In this document: positions 28,909 to 38,512 of the stretch, piece by piece
Numbering within the stretch: position 1 is the first letter of the stretch
Layout: each line of letters opens with the position of its first letter
Origin: Spirochaetota bacterium
GTDB lineage: Bacteria > Spirochaetota > UBA4802 > UBA5550
Assembly: GCA_963663865.1 (NCBI GenBank)
Contig: OY760686.1
Coordinates: 1,696,001-1,760,000 of the forward strand
Reading direction: 5' to 3'
Length of the DNA stretch: 64,000 nt
The notes under the pieces: model-generated
Told to the model about the DNA's origin: nothing
The model's database searches: none
The model's input: the letters and a program-made list of their open reading frames with translations, nothing else
Program-made: the position numbers and the translations under genes

Positions 28909-29462
28909 AGCTCTTCCAGTGCCTTTGATATGGTAGACGTCATGTGAGCTTCAATTTTCTTTTCGAGCGCCATGACAAAATCCCTGTTTTCAAGTATTCT
29001 TGTTCTCGCCTCAGAGTTGATTCCGTAACGTTGAAGCAGGTCTTCAATTCGCTCTTCGATTGAGACTATTTTATCGTGTTTCACTCTCTTGTCCGCGTAG
29101 TGGACAATTTCGCATTCTTCGAGCGGGCCTGCGGAGTCGAACCGTTCCATTCTGACATGAGTGGCGCAGATGAGGGCTGCTGAGTGCAGTCCCATTTTGT
29201 TGAGCATGTCGGCACCCATCAGGTCGTGTCCGTGCAGCCCTTCCCTGATAGATTTTGTCTTTGCTATGTCGTGAAGAAGCGCACCCGCGGCAACGAGATT
29301 CATGTTAATAGAAGAGGGCTCCTTAAGCCGGGAGGCTATCGCTATCGAAACATTCTTTACCTGAATTGAATGCTTGATGATGTTAGGAAGCATATGATTG
29401 GCTTTCATTATCTCAAGGCATTCGCTTTCGTCCGGGATTTTTTGCGTGAATTTTATGTCCAT
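28890..29462 (-). CDS. HD-domain (HDIG-like) phosphohydrolase
   Basis: IKHS..V, ALLHDIAK, H...GA, VHYADKRV. Confidence 0.88.
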   Translation of the reverse strand: MDIKFTQKIPDESECLEIMKANHMLPNIIKHSIQVKNVSIAIASRLKEPSSINMNLVAAGALLHDIAKTKSIREGLHGHDLMGADMLNKMGLHSAALICATHVRMERFDSAGPLEECEIVHYADKRVKHDKIVSIEERIEDLLQRYGINSEARTRILENRDFVMALEKKIEAHMTSTISKALEELCENAI

Positions 29463-29782
29463 GTAGTGTGCGGTTTCCCTGTTATGACGAATTTAGTGAC
29501 AGCGAAGTCACTGCAATTTCAATAGAGCTTTATTGTTTAACTCTAAATTAGTATCCGGCATCAATCCGGACAGTTGCTTCAATCAGGTTCATTAAAGGGG
29601 GCATATCAATCAAGTAAAATTTGACTGTCAGGTTCTTCAGGACATTCTGAAAGGCATTGTGGACGGCCTTTCTCAGCTAACGACGTTTTTAGATTGACTC
29701 AGACTTATGCATCATGTCAATTATTATGAGCAGGATCAATTATTACGGCCGCAAATACTGTTTCAGTCACGGAGGATTTACA

Positions 29783-30079
29783 ATGAAACTTAACGTAAAG
29801 TGGTTTTCCATTACAGGGTTGATAATGGGAGGCGGCATCGGGCTTATACTTTTTATCTGGTGTTCCGCAAACGGTTTCGGTCTTCAGCTTGTTCAGCTTT
29901 TTGAATCAATCCATCCAAGCGGCGGGCTGTCCATAGTGGCAAATATCAGCGGTTCATTTGTATCAAAAATTCCGGGAATTATTGTCAATACTGTTTATGC
30001 CTCAGTAGATTCTTTTATTATTACTTTCTGCTACTCAGGGCTTTATAACCTCCTGATATCCAGGGCATCTAAAAAATAG
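29783..30079 (+). CDS. Small membrane protein
   Basis: RBS GGAGG before ATG 29783; two to three hydrophobic segments. Confidence 0.65.
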   Translation: MKLNVKWFSITGLIMGGGIGLILFIWCSANGFGLQLVQLFESIHPSGGLSIVANISGSFVSKIPGIIVNTVYASVDSFIITFCYSGLYNLLISRASKK

Positions 30080-30086
30080 GCTTATC

Positions 30087-32270
30087 ATGGCTGAAAAAAA
30101 GAAAATCAGAAAGGTCCGTTTCGGGTTAAGGCTCAAGGTATCAATTGTCATTATAGCCTCAATTACCCTTTCATCAGCGCTTCTGGGAATTGCAGTGTAC
30201 AACCAGTACAACAGAAAAATCAAGCAGACTATGATATCCTTCAGCGGAACAATTCTCGGCGGGGCCTACGATGATATGTACTCGTATCTGAAATACAAAA
30301 GGGCGGTCGACACAGGTGATAGAGGCTCCAGACGCGGGTATAGACCAGGGCCGGGAGTCTATAATGCCCTGAAAAAACACAGAGAATCAATTGAAGCCTA
30401 TTTTAATTCAGTACTTAAGCGCGAACCTATGCTTGATATAGCATTTCTTATTGATGTTAACTGGGATAATATCGACTTTCAGTGGGACAGGACTTCCAAC
30501 GCGCATTACAGCTATTTCAGGAGGGCTGACGGAAATCTTGAGTCATATCCTCTTTACAGCCGGGACGGAAAGCCGCTTCCCGGCACATACGGCCGGGACG
30601 ATGCTCAGCTCAAGCCGACGGTGCTTAAGCACTTTATGAATAATATTCAGCTTTCACCGTATATGGCTTTCAGCGAAGGAAGAAAGGAGGGGGAAGAGGA
30701 GTTCGTTGTTGTAGCCGTTCCGATAATGAAAACCGGGGGTTCCGAACAGCTTTACCGCGATTACGCAGACTACATTAGGGAAAAGCCGGCAACTGAGAAG
30801 GAGTTTGCGAAAAGGGCAATTACTGGAGCGTCTTTCAAGTCGGCCTTTATGAGAGAGCTCATTGGTTCCGGCATATATCCCGATTACGAGATTAAGTTTG
30901 ATAAGGAAGCCGATGTAAACTACCTTGCCCGCTATATCTATTCAATGCTTGAGGGGTGGAGGCTGCCTTATTCGGGAAGACGTCCCTTTCTTGAGGATCT
31001 TTCTGCTATTCTTAAAACCTACAGAGGAAATGATGATATTCTCAGCTTTAGTGAGCTTTCGAGCGCTGCAGAGGCCGTATCCAGGCGCTACGGGCTGAAG
31101 CCGCTTGACCGGGAGAAAGCCCCCGCCGCGTGGCTGGGCTTTTACAGGTTTGTTGAAAGAAAGGGCTTTGAGATAAATCCCCTTGTACCGCTTGACAGAC
31201 TGAGTGTTCTATCTTTTAGAAAGGATCTTGCCGGAATAGCGGGAGTGTTTATTTCCAGGAGCGAATATCACCGGGAGATGAAGGAGAACCGCGATGAACT
31301 TATTAACCTGATAATCAGCATACTTCTCAGGGTTACTGTAATATCGCTGCTTTTCCCGGGTTTCATAATCAGGTCGGTTGAAATTTTGGGAGACGGGGCT
31401 TATCAGATAGGCCGTGGAAATCTCTCGCAGAGAATTATGCTTAACGGCAGCGACGAGCTTTGCCGGCTTTCGGACATATTTAACATGATGGCTTCGAACC
31501 TGCAGAAGGCCCAGTCGGAGATGCTTGAAAAAAAACGCATGGCCGATGAACTTAAGACAGCTGAAGAAATCCAGTCTGCCCTGCTGCCGGGCTCTCTTCC
31601 GGAAAGCGCATCTGCCGAATTCGGAGCGTATTACTCCGCGCAGAGTGAAGCGGGCGGTGATTACTACGATGTGATTGAGCTCGATGACGGAAGGTACGCG
31701 ATATGCATTGCCGACGTGAGCGGACATGGTGTGGCATCGGGCCTTGTAATGGCTATGACAAGAACCCTTTTGCATATCTACTGCGGCAAAACAGGCAGTA
31801 CAAAAAAGGTGCTTGAGCAGATAAATACCTATTTGAAAGAAAATACCGCTTCAAATTACTTTGTGACAATGTTTTACGGGATATTCAGCCCGGAAACCGG
31901 AAAGCTGACGTACACAAGCGCCGGGCACTGTGAGGGAATAATACTGCGAGAAGGAAAGGTGCGGACACTTCCGGGAGGCGGCATAGCTCTCGGAGCTGCC
32001 GGCACTGACCTGTTTTCCAGTCTCGCCGCAATCAATGAAGTTACTTTAAAAAAGGGAGACTACATTGTACTGCATACCGATGGAGTTGATGAGGCGCGAA
32101 ATAAGCATGGAGAGGAATACGGGCTTGAAAGGTTTTACGCTTCATTGACGGCCAACTACGGATGCAGCCCGCACGAGCTGACCGATCTCGCAGTAAAAGA
32201 CCTGGACAACTTTACAGGCGATATCCCGAGGAAGGACGATGTTACACTTCTTATCGCGAGGTTAAAATAA
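30087..32270 (+). CDS. Membrane-anchored HAMP + SpoIIE/PP2C phosphatase
   Basis: TM, large extracytoplasmic region, TM, HAMP (GNLSQRI...DELCRL), GGDYYD, ADVSGHG, SAGH, HTDGVDE, DDVT. Confidence 0.9.
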   Translation: MAEKKKIRKVRFGLRLKVSIVIIASITLSSALLGIAVYNQYNRKIKQTMISFSGTILGGAYDDMYSYLKYKRAVDTGDRGSRRGYRPGPGVYNALKKHRESIEAYFNSVLKREPMLDIAFLIDVNWDNIDFQWDRTSNAHYSYFRRADGNLESYPLYSRDGKPLPGTYGRDDAQLKPTVLKHFMNNIQLSPYMAFSEGRKEGEEEFVVVAVPIMKTGGSEQLYRDYADYIREKPATEKEFAKRAITGASFKSAFMRELIGSGIYPDYEIKFDKEADVNYLARYIYSMLEGWRLPYSGRRPFLEDLSAILKTYRGNDDILSFSELSSAAEAVSRRYGLKPLDREKAPAAWLGFYRFVERKGFEINPLVPLDRLSVLSFRKDLAGIAGVFISRSEYHREMKENRDELINLIISILLRVTVISLLFPGFIIRSVEILGDGAYQIGRGNLSQRIMLNGSDELCRLSDIFNMMASNLQKAQSEMLEKKRMADELKTAEEIQSALLPGSLPESASAEFGAYYSAQSEAGGDYYDVIELDDGRYAICIADVSGHGVASGLVMAMTRTLLHIYCGKTGSTKKVLEQINTYLKENTASNYFVTMFYGIFSPETGKLTYTSAGHCEGIILREGKVRTLPGGGIALGAAGTDLFSSLAAINEVTLKKGDYIVLHTDGVDEARNKHGEEYGLERFYASLTANYGCSPHELTDLAVKDLDNFTGDIPRKDDVTLLIARLK

Positions 32271-32581
32271 TGTACAGGATCTCCTTCTATGTTCCGGCTG
32301 AGAAACTTGAAGAGGTAAAGAACGCCATGTTTGAAGCCGGAGCCGGCCGCATAGGCAGCTATGATATGTGCTGCTGGCAGACCGCGGGTGAGGGGCAGTT
32401 CAGGCCTCTTTCTGGAAGCAATCCGTATGTCGGGCATCACGGGAAGGTCGAGAGGGTAAGTGAATATCTGGTTGAAATGGTTTGCGGGGATTCAAGCGTA
32501 AAAGACGCTGTTGAGGCAATGAAAAAGGCGCATCCCTATGAGGAACCCGCCTACGGAGTCTGGAAGCTCTCCGGTTTCTAA
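32270..32581 (+). CDS. NIF3/YqfO-like small protein
   Basis: MYRISFYVP...MFEAGAGRIGSYD.C.W...G.GQFRP...HPYEEPAY; start overlaps the upstream stop (TAATG). Confidence 0.88.
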   Translation: MYRISFYVPAEKLEEVKNAMFEAGAGRIGSYDMCCWQTAGEGQFRPLSGSNPYVGHHGKVERVSEYLVEMVCGDSSVKDAVEAMKKAHPYEEPAYGVWKLSGF

Positions 32582-32907
32582 GCTCCCTGCGGATTTTTGA
32601 TGCGTTCCTGTACGTTTGTGACGAGCTTAAGGTACTCCTTCTCGTTTAGAATATGCTCCCTCACGAGGGGATTGGCTTCGAATTCTGCCGTTAAATGCGC
32701 TCTTTCAGATGGTGACATTGTGCTTTCTCCAGTTCCGTTAATCTCCCGGCCGAGCAGGACGAGTTTTGCCAGGAGCTCCTGAGCCTTCCTGTCGCTTTTC
32801 ATGACCTCAAGGCTTTGCTTGTATTTTAATGTGATCTCATGATTTTCGAGAAGCTCTGAAAGCCTTTCGGCCTTCTTGATGATTGCCGCAATGTTGTCTG
32901 TCTGCAT
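32578..32907 (-). CDS. YlbF/YmcA-like protein
   Basis: 109-aa helical protein; II.KA..L..L, NPLV.E....E..Y..L...V...I pattern. Confidence 0.65.
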   Translation of the reverse strand: MQTDNIAAIIKKAERLSELLENHEITLKYKQSLEVMKSDRKAQELLAKLVLLGREINGTGESTMSPSERAHLTAEFEANPLVREHILNEKEYLKLVTNVQERIKNPQGA

Positions 32908-32917
32908 AGTTAACTGT

Positions 32918-33865
32918 TCACCATAGAATTTTCATTGGATTGATGAGCCGGCCGTTGTGCCAGAGTGTAAAGTGCAGGTGAGGTCCTGTTGAAAGACCGG
33001 TTGAGCCGACCCTTCCGATAATGGACCCGGCCCTGACCTTTCGACCCTGCGCGGTGAGAACCTTTGACATGTGCCCGTATAGGGTTCTGTATCCTTCAGG
33101 ATGTTCAACAATGACCGCGAGACCGTATCCTCCCATCCAGCCTGTTGAAGTTACGACACCTTCACGCGCCGCGCCGATGAGCGTTCCTGTCGGTGCGGCA
33201 ATGTCTATACCGTTGTGAAATCCTCGTGAGCGGTATATGGGATGGGTCCTCTTGCCGAAGAATGAGCTGTATCTTCCTCCGAGGGGTGATCTGAATTTTT
33301 CTCTGAGCGAATACTCAGCCGCAAGACTGTCTGTCATCGCCGTAGTAATTGGCCTGGTGTCTTTGATGAAAACCGCGATCGGTTCAGGATCTGACTTGAA
33401 GAAGCGGGAAATACGGTAGAATGCCGGAAACTCGGGAAGCAAAATGTCTGATTTTTCAGCGTTGTACTGGTTCCTGAGCGCTTCTATGCCGTCAAAGCTG
33501 TCTACAAAGGCAAGGACACCCTTCGTATCCGGAACAACAACGCGCTGGTCAATCCTTGCAAGAAGATCTTCCCAGAAGGGGTTGGCTGCGATAAGGGTGT
33601 CAATATCAACCCCGTATTTTCGAGCAATTTTCCAGAAGTTGTCGCCTTTTTCGACGGTGATGATATTTAGCTTTATCTCTTTGAAATTAACAGACTTTTG
33701 GAGATGTGAGATGTAGCTGTCAACCGTTTTGAAGGCGTCCTTTGTTCCAATAATATCAGAAGTATCAGTGTGTGATGCTGCCCCGGAAATTTTAAAGCTT
33801 AAGAAAATTGTAAACAGTATGAGCGGGATTGTAAGTGCTGGAATGAATATGTATTTATTTTTCAT
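32918..33865 (-). CDS. LysM + M23 metallopeptidase
   Basis: LysM (VEKGDNFWKIARKYGV), HNGID, YGHM, STGPHLHF; start uncertain. Confidence 0.92.
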   Translation of the reverse strand: MKNKYIFIPALTIPLILFTIFLSFKISGAASHTDTSDIIGTKDAFKTVDSYISHLQKSVNFKEIKLNIITVEKGDNFWKIARKYGVDIDTLIAANPFWEDLLARIDQRVVVPDTKGVLAFVDSFDGIEALRNQYNAEKSDILLPEFPAFYRISRFFKSDPEPIAVFIKDTRPITTAMTDSLAAEYSLREKFRSPLGGRYSSFFGKRTHPIYRSRGFHNGIDIAAPTGTLIGAAREGVVTSTGWMGGYGLAVIVEHPEGYRTLYGHMSKVLTAQGRKVRAGSIIGRVGSTGLSTGPHLHFTLWHNGRLINPMKILW

Positions 33866-34273
33866 GAGCAGACCATGATATGAATTATTTTTGAGGATGT
33901 ATTCTTTGATATTCAAGATATCGGTGTTTAGTCAAGAAATATTTATATAGTATAACTCAGTATGTTAAAAACTCATCGAGATGTGCTGTGTAATAGCGGT
34001 GTATTTAATCATCAGCTCTTTGCAGGCGCGTTCCGGTGCGAAGACGGAAAAACATAATATCTCGTGTTTAGGCGGTATGGACACGCTCTCCTTCGGACGA
34101 TGAGTTTAATTTCAGGTGCTAAAATATTCATATGTTTTCCATTTTACGAATAATTTTTGATTTATATTAAAATATCATTGAATAATGACGTGGGTAATCT
34201 TATAATATTTACAAATATTAAAATGTGCTGGAATATCCTGAAATTCATTCCGGCACAGAAGGAAGAGGCCGGT

Positions 34274-34954
34274 ATGAGAAAAAATACTATAAAGATTTTG
34301 CTCCTGGCGTTTGTTGCTCTGGCTGCCGCTGTTTCGGCTGCCTCGTTTTACACCGAGTACATGTCACCTGAGAGAATAAAGCTTTTACCGGTGCCTAAAG
34401 ATTACCGGAATTATTTTTTCCTCCAATCCCTTGGGAAATCCACTCACATTATATTCAGCGAGTTTTCAGCAGCTGAAGTGTTTTTATCGCATATTATTGA
34501 TGAGGATGGAGACGGTAAGAGTGACAGAATCACTGAGTACTATCCTGATACTCAGAAATTCGCGGCACCAGTTAAGTCATCTTCAAAGTCGTACACAGAC
34601 TTTAATAAAATGAAATCTGATATCATAACCGGAAAGGCCTTTGAAAATACATACTCTTACAAGATGAGATCTATGGATGTTTTGAAGTTCAAGCTTAATG
34701 AGGGACGCGATGTATTTAAAGACCAACACGGGTACGCCGTCAAGGTGTACGATCCAGACCAGCCCTCATCTATTATGAGCGAGTTTTTCTTTGGAAAGAA
34801 GGACAATGAATACGATCTGGTTTTTAAGACCAACTACTACAAGATTTACAAAATGAAAATTATGCCTCCGGTGCCGTACTCGGTTTACTGCCGGCGCTCA
34901 ACTGATCCGTACATAAAACAGATTGTTGAAGAGTTGCTTGAATCAGTTAAATAG
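34274..34954 (+). CDS. Exported hypothetical protein
   Basis: Signal peptide MRKNTIKILLLAFVALAAAVSA; DEDGDGKSD Ca-binding-like loop. Confidence 0.7.
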   Translation: MRKNTIKILLLAFVALAAAVSAASFYTEYMSPERIKLLPVPKDYRNYFFLQSLGKSTHIIFSEFSAAEVFLSHIIDEDGDGKSDRITEYYPDTQKFAAPVKSSSKSYTDFNKMKSDIITGKAFENTYSYKMRSMDVLKFKLNEGRDVFKDQHGYAVKVYDPDQPSSIMSEFFFGKKDNEYDLVFKTNYYKIYKMKIMPPVPYSVYCRRSTDPYIKQIVEELLESVK

Positions 34955-34971
34955 AAAACCAGGAGCCTGAA

Positions 34972-35535
34972 ATGGAAACAAAAAGAATAAAAAAACTAAG
35001 AAAGCAGTATCTAATAGACAGAAAGTTTCAGTTGAGGACAGCGTTTTCTGTATTGTCAGTTGTGACGCTGATCTCGGCGGCTGTAATCGCGGCGATATCA
35101 CTCATTGTTCTCTACAATAATTCGAGGATACAGAATATCTCCGTAATTGAGGATAATATCGTTCATTATCTTACTTCGATCACTTCAGCTGAACAGGAAG
35201 AGGCGCATGGAGAGGCAATAAAGCAGATTGCGATTAATCATTCAGATAACATGGAAGCAATGTCAAACATGATTGAGACAAACCGGATTCTGATTTTCGC
35301 CATGATCTTTGCCATCGCTGCGCAGGCGCTTATTCTCTTCATGATGATGATTCGGAAAACTCATCGTATATCAGGCCCGCTTTTTGTAATAACCCGCCAC
35401 ATGGAGGAGATCAGGGATGGGCGCTATCCTAATTTGAGGCCTCTTCGTGAGAGCGATGAGCTCAGAACCTTCTATCATGTCTTCGGGCAGATGGTTGCCG
35501 CGCTGAAAGAGCGCGACACAGCGAGAAAGGAATAG
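34972..35535 (+). CDS. Two-TM membrane protein with HAMP-like C-terminus
   Basis: RKQYLIDRKFQ, THRISGPL, LRESDEL; RBS AGGAG. Confidence 0.75.
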   Translation: METKRIKKLRKQYLIDRKFQLRTAFSVLSVVTLISAAVIAAISLIVLYNNSRIQNISVIEDNIVHYLTSITSAEQEEAHGEAIKQIAINHSDNMEAMSNMIETNRILIFAMIFAIAAQALILFMMMIRKTHRISGPLFVITRHMEEIRDGRYPNLRPLRESDELRTFYHVFGQMVAALKERDTARKE

Positions 35536-36192
35536 TTATTGAACCTTCATGGCCGAGCCGGCGCAGAGTCCCTCCAGAGGGCATGCGTCGAGCAGGCCGT
35601 ACTCGGACATTATGCGCATCAGAAGTCTGAGAGGCAGGCCTACAACGTTTGAGATTGATCCGTTAACCCTTTCGATTATTTTAGCCCCGTTTTCCTGCAC
35701 GGCGTAGGCTCCGGCCTTGTCACTGTACTCAATCCCCTCCAGATAATCGCGTATTTCTGTTTCGCTGAGTGGGCGGAATTTTACCGCCGTTGTTTCCGAA
35801 TAGCTTCCGCGTTTTGCTGCCTGACCCGGTCTTTCGAGAGAGACGGTCATTGCGGTAATGACGCTGTGCTCTCTTCCGGAAAGGGCTTGCAGTGTCTGTA
35901 CCGCTTCATCGAACGACGCCGGTTTGCCGTATATCGTATCGCCAAGTGAAACGATGGTGTCGCAAGCCACTGTGAAAAGAGGCTTGCTGTGTGTATCGGC
36001 GTTTGCTACCTCATCGTGTTTTTCCGATGAAAGTCTAAGAGCGTATTCGGTCGGGCTTTCTCCGGGCTTTCGTGTTTCGTCAATGCCCGGAACGGCGGTT
36101 AGAAACTCCGGCGTCAGCAGGCTGAGAAGCTCACGCCTGCGGGGTGAGCCTGACGCTAACAGTATTTTAATATTGTCAGATGGTCTGCTCAT
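35536..36192 (-). CDS. maf: Maf-family nucleoside triphosphate pyrophosphatase
   Basis: LASGSPRRRELL, ACDTIV, GKP, DKAGAYAVQ, NVVGLP. Confidence 0.93.
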   Translation of the reverse strand: MSRPSDNIKILLASGSPRRRELLSLLTPEFLTAVPGIDETRKPGESPTEYALRLSSEKHDEVANADTHSKPLFTVACDTIVSLGDTIYGKPASFDEAVQTLQALSGREHSVITAMTVSLERPGQAAKRGSYSETTAVKFRPLSETEIRDYLEGIEYSDKAGAYAVQENGAKIIERVNGSISNVVGLPLRLLMRIMSEYGLLDACPLEGLCAGSAMKVQ

Positions 36193-38231
36193 TTTAATGT
36201 CACTTTTTCGTTGAGCTTGTAAACGTTTGTTATATTTTTTATCTGTCTTATCTTTGAGGCGATTTCGCCGAAGTGTTCGTTGCTTTTTACCTGAAGAGTG
36301 AACTTGAAAAGGGCATTGCCTCCTGGCTTTGCCTCAGCCTCAGCCTTCAGTATGTTCGTGCTGCAGAGTGATATCTCATCGGCAACATCCTTGAGAAGGT
36401 TAGGCCTGTCAACCCCTTCGACAGCGATTTTCACAGGATATGCCGCCTTATCAGACTTCTCCCATACAACTTTAATAAACCGTTCTTTCTCTCTTTCAAG
36501 CCGCTTTAGAGAGGGACAGCTCCTTTTGTGCACAGTTATTCCCCGCCCCCTTGTGATGAAACCAATAACATCGTCACCAGGAATAGGCTGGCAGCACTGA
36601 GGGAGCCTGATAAGCACATTTTTGTCTCCGTCAACGCTGATTGCGTTCTGCGAGCCGTTGGAAACACGGCGGATTTTAATCTGTTCCTCTTCCGGTATTT
36701 TGACCGCGGCGGTCGGTGTTTCCTTGCGCTTTTTGGATTCTCCGGACTTCTGGGCCGCTTCATCATCTTTGCTTCGGTTCTTTCTGAGCCAGGCCCTGAT
36801 TTTATACCTGGCCCCCGAGCTCTTGACGTACTTGAGCCAGGAGGCCGAAGGGTGTCCGGTTTTGCTTGTGAGCACTTCGACGATGTCGCCGCTATTCAGC
36901 CGGGTTCTGAGCGGGACGATCTTGTTGTTTACCCTCGCTCCTGAGGTATGAAAGCCGACCTCCGAATGAATCGCGAACGCGAAATCGACGGGCGTTGCGC
37001 CTTTGCCAAGCCTGATAATCTTACCTTTGGGAGTAAAGACGAAGATTTCATCTTCGTAAAGGTCCATCTTCAGGTCGTTGAGGAATTCACGTGAATCGTT
37101 GGACGATTCATAAAGTTTATTGATGTTTCTGAAAAACTCGAGGTCCCTGTAATCGCCGGCGGATGGCTTGCGGTTTTCCTTGTAGAGCCAGTGAGAGGCA
37201 ATGCCCATAATCGCTGTTTCGTGCATCTCTCTGGTCCTTATCTGAACTTCGAGCGGGTGGCCCTCCGGGCCTATAACGGTTGTGTGCAGAGACTGATACA
37301 TATTTGTCTTCGGGACTGCGATGTAGTCCTTGAAGCGTCCGGCTAAAGGCGTCCAGAGGGTGTGAATTACTCCGAGAACGGCATAACAGTCTCTGACCTC
37401 GTGTGTTATAATGCGTATTGCTCTCAAATCATATATCTCATCGAAGTCCTTGTTGTTCAGTTTCATCTTGCGGAATATTGAGAAGTAGTGCTTTGCCCTT
37501 CCCGTAATTTCAGCTTCAAGCCCGATTTCGCTGAGCCTTGAGGTAACGGTCTCACGTATTTTCTTCAGGTATTGTTCCCGTTCGGGTTCCTTTTGCGCGA
37601 GGAGCTCTCTGATGTAATCGTACTCCTCTTTGTATATGACGTGAAAAGCCATATCCTCAAGATCAGAGCTGATTCTTGTCATCCCCAGCCTTCTGGCAAT
37701 CGGGGCGTAGATGTCAAGAACCTCCCTTGCGATACGGTACTGCTTTTCAATAGGCTGAAACATGATGGTGCGCATGTTGTGTGTTTTGTCGGCAAGTTTG
37801 ATGATGATTACACGTATATCCCGGACTGTTGCCATGAGCATCTTTCTGAGAGTATCAGCCTGAGCGCTCGCGCGGGACTTATTCTTTATGTAGGATATTT
37901 TTGTGACACCGTCAATCAGGATTGCCATCTCTTCACCGAAACGCTCCCTGATGATCTCAAGCGTGGTTCCGGTATCCTCAACCACGTCGTGCATCAGCGC
38001 CGCGCAGATAGTAATCGTGTCCATTTTGAGGCTGGCGAGTATTATACCGACCTCAAGAGGATGAATGATGTACGGTTCTCCGGAAAGACGTGTCTGCCCC
38101 TGATGGGCTTCTTCGGCATAGATGTAGCAGGAGCGCAGAAGATCAATATCTGCCTGAGGGTTATAGGAGAGTATCAGTTCAATGAGACTGTCAAGATCTC
38201 TTCTTCTTATTTTCAGTTCAAATTCAGACAT
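36189..38231 (-). CDS. rel: Bifunctional (p)ppGpp synthetase/hydrolase (long RSH)
   Basis: HD domain (HDVVED), IKLADKTHNMRT, synthetase (YQSLHT, EVQIRT), TGS (FTPKG, TPVDFAF), CCQPIPGD, ACT domain. Confidence 0.96.
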   Translation of the reverse strand: MSEFELKIRRRDLDSLIELILSYNPQADIDLLRSCYIYAEEAHQGQTRLSGEPYIIHPLEVGIILASLKMDTITICAALMHDVVEDTGTTLEIIRERFGEEMAILIDGVTKISYIKNKSRASAQADTLRKMLMATVRDIRVIIIKLADKTHNMRTIMFQPIEKQYRIAREVLDIYAPIARRLGMTRISSDLEDMAFHVIYKEEYDYIRELLAQKEPEREQYLKKIRETVTSRLSEIGLEAEITGRAKHYFSIFRKMKLNNKDFDEIYDLRAIRIITHEVRDCYAVLGVIHTLWTPLAGRFKDYIAVPKTNMYQSLHTTVIGPEGHPLEVQIRTREMHETAIMGIASHWLYKENRKPSAGDYRDLEFFRNINKLYESSNDSREFLNDLKMDLYEDEIFVFTPKGKIIRLGKGATPVDFAFAIHSEVGFHTSGARVNNKIVPLRTRLNSGDIVEVLTSKTGHPSASWLKYVKSSGARYKIRAWLRKNRSKDDEAAQKSGESKKRKETPTAAVKIPEEEQIKIRRVSNGSQNAISVDGDKNVLIRLPQCCQPIPGDDVIGFITRGRGITVHKRSCPSLKRLEREKERFIKVVWEKSDKAAYPVKIAVEGVDRPNLLKDVADEISLCSTNILKAEAEAKPGGNALFKFTLQVKSNEHFGEIASKIRQIKNITNVYKLNEKVTLK

Positions 38232-38512
38232 AGATTTAACAGGCCCTGAAAGCGGCCTCTTAAATTATTATCAGCCTCATTGAGAGCCTGTGTTGTAAAT
38301 GATTTTTTTACAGTTATGGTTTTTTTTTGAGAGATGTAAGCCTTTTAAATCGAATGTCAGTGAATTGATGATTAACACTTTATCAGGTTTATGCCTGAAG
38401 CGGCAGCGGGATGTTGATAAGGGGTTGAGTTTTGGCAAATAATGATTATATTGGTTTCAGAATAGGGAACATAATGTCGAAAATTAATTATTAAAGTCTG
38501 GAGTTGTCCGAT

